From Deltaproteobacteria bacterium (GTDB lineage Bacteria; Myxococcota_A; UBA796; UBA9615), in contig JAGSHC010000003.1 in assembly GCA_023954745.1 (NCBI GenBank), forward strand, positions 5,395 through 69,394: a DNA stretch of 64,000 nucleotides. Direction: 5' to 3'. The notes under the pieces are model-generated. The model did no database searches. It worked only from the letters and a program-made list of their open reading frames with translations, and was not told the DNA's origin. A program made the position numbers and the translations under genes. Below are positions 62,986 through 64,000 of this stretch, piece by piece. Position 1 is the stretch's first letter. Each line of letters starts with the position of its first letter.

Positions 62986-64000
62986 ATGGACCTCGCCGGG
63001 TTCTTCCGCAGTCTCCCCGCGGAGATCCTGGTGCAATACCGGGATCGATACGAAGCCGAGGGGGAGACGGCGGGCAAAGACGCGTTGGCTTCGGTCGATC
63101 TGGTGGCACTCGCCGATCGGATGACGGGGCTGCTGGGCGATCGTCACTTCGTCCGCGGCGTGCTCAAGAGCATGGACCGCAGCCATCACGTAGCCCTGGT
63201 CGCGTTGCTTCAGTGCAGGGGAGTGGCTGGTGGTACCTGGCTACTCCAGGAGCTGACGCAGGCCCATGGCATGTCCGAGGACGTATGGGCCGAGGTGCTG
63301 CATCGGCTCGGGGCGGACCTTCTGGTCTTCGGAAACTCGCGGCAGAGCCCTCCGCTCTTCTACATCATCCCCGCCCCCATCGCCCGGGAGCTCAGCCACC
63401 ACTTCCGCAAGCGCATCGGACTCACCGCGAGCAAGGAAGAAGGGGGCATCCGGCTCAGCAAGGACACGAACTACCGGCACCCCGTCGGCTTCTCCCTCGT
63501 CTCGCTCCTCACCTACATCCGACAGAACCGGATCCGGGTCACTCGCAAGAACGAGATCTTCAAGAAGTCCTACGAGGACATGCTGACGTTCTTCGGCGCG
63601 CTGTGGGGCGAGAGTGGTGAGGAGAAGGTGCTCCAGTGGCACCTGGACATGCTCAGCGAGCTCGGGCTGACGCAGCAGCGCGGTGGCTTCCTCGAGGCCG
63701 ACGACCTCGCGCTGCGCGAGTTCCTCTCCATGGGACCGCGCCAGCGCCGCGACCTGTACTTGATGTCGTTCCTCAGCCGGGAGCCACTCCTCGGGTGGAT
63801 GCTCGACGCCGTCAGCGACGTGCCCGACGACGGCTGGGTGCCGCTCACGCGGCTGCGCACGCTCTACCGGCGTCGCTACATGGGCAACGTGTTCCACCGC
63901 CGGTACGTACGGAAGACGTACTACCTGCCTCCGTCGGGGTTCTACGACCCCAACCCGCCCCTCGAGATTCTTCAGCTTGCGGGGCTGCTCGAGTCGGGGC
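62986..64000 (+). CDS. Conserved hypothetical protein immediately downstream of XPB (N-terminal 338 aa; runs off the window); candidate XPB partner
   Basis: Not in the ORF track because it is edge-truncated; found by manual translation. ATG 5 nt after GAGGAG. Uninterrupted high-GC3 frame to position 64000. Confidence 0.6.
   Translation, partial: MDLAGFFRSLPAEILVQYRDRYEAEGETAGKDALASVDLVALADRMTGLLGDRHFVRGVLKSMDRSHHVALVALLQCRGVAGGTWLLQELTQAHGMSEDVWAEVLHRLGADLLVFGNSRQSPPLFYIIPAPIARELSHHFRKRIGLTASKEEGGIRLSKDTNYRHPVGFSLVSLLTYIRQNRIRVTRKNEIFKKSYEDMLTFFGALWGESGEEKVLQWHLDMLSELGLTQQRGGFLEADDLALREFLSMGPRQRRDLYLMSFLSREPLLGWMLDAVSDVPDDGWVPLTRLRTLYRRRYMGNVFHRRYVRKTYYLPPSGFYDPNPPLEILQLAGLLESG

Overview
High-GC (~70%) chromosomal segment, almost certainly from a myxobacterium: two encoded proteins end in MYXO-CTERM sorting signals, and lipoproteins and ECF sigma/anti-sigma pairs are abundant. 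Third-position GC bias, conserved motifs and signal peptides support about 53 protein-coding genes; many were trimmed from the longer ORFs in the track because the real starts are internal or use GTG/TTG, and 4-nt ATGA/GTGA overlaps are common. No rRNA, tRNA or CRISPR was seen. No intact mobile element was seen; one protein looks like a decayed transposase fused to an excisionase-type HTH. Main content, in order: an RDD–RDD–SpoIIM-like membrane cluster; an AsnB-like amidotransferase; DUF2330 and metal-binding-repeat MYXO-CTERM surface proteins; a lipoprotein alkyl-sulfatase–ACP–methyltransferase operon; a nearby condensation-like–adenylation–membrane-protein operon; CoA-transferase, CBS and β-CASP RNase genes; L,D-transpeptidases; acyl-CoA dehydrogenase, ceramide-glucosyltransferase-like GT2 and DJ-1 genes; an ECF-σ/FecR/1196-aa PPC-lipoprotein operon with acidic tandem repeats; formamidase, DUF523 and a PvdQ-like acylase; an FHA–σ54 activator; an ECF-σ/DUF4384 anti-σ/caspase operon; a carbamoyltransferase–nitroreductase // aminotransferase–LysE divergent cassette; and a nuclease/helicase island (Cas4-like nuclease, AddB-like, AddA-like, XPB helicase, and an edge-truncated partner ORF missing from the ORF track). 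The most system-like candidates are that nuclease/helicase island, the two ECF-controlled secreted-protein modules, and the sulfatase-ACP / C–A orphan lipid-like locus.
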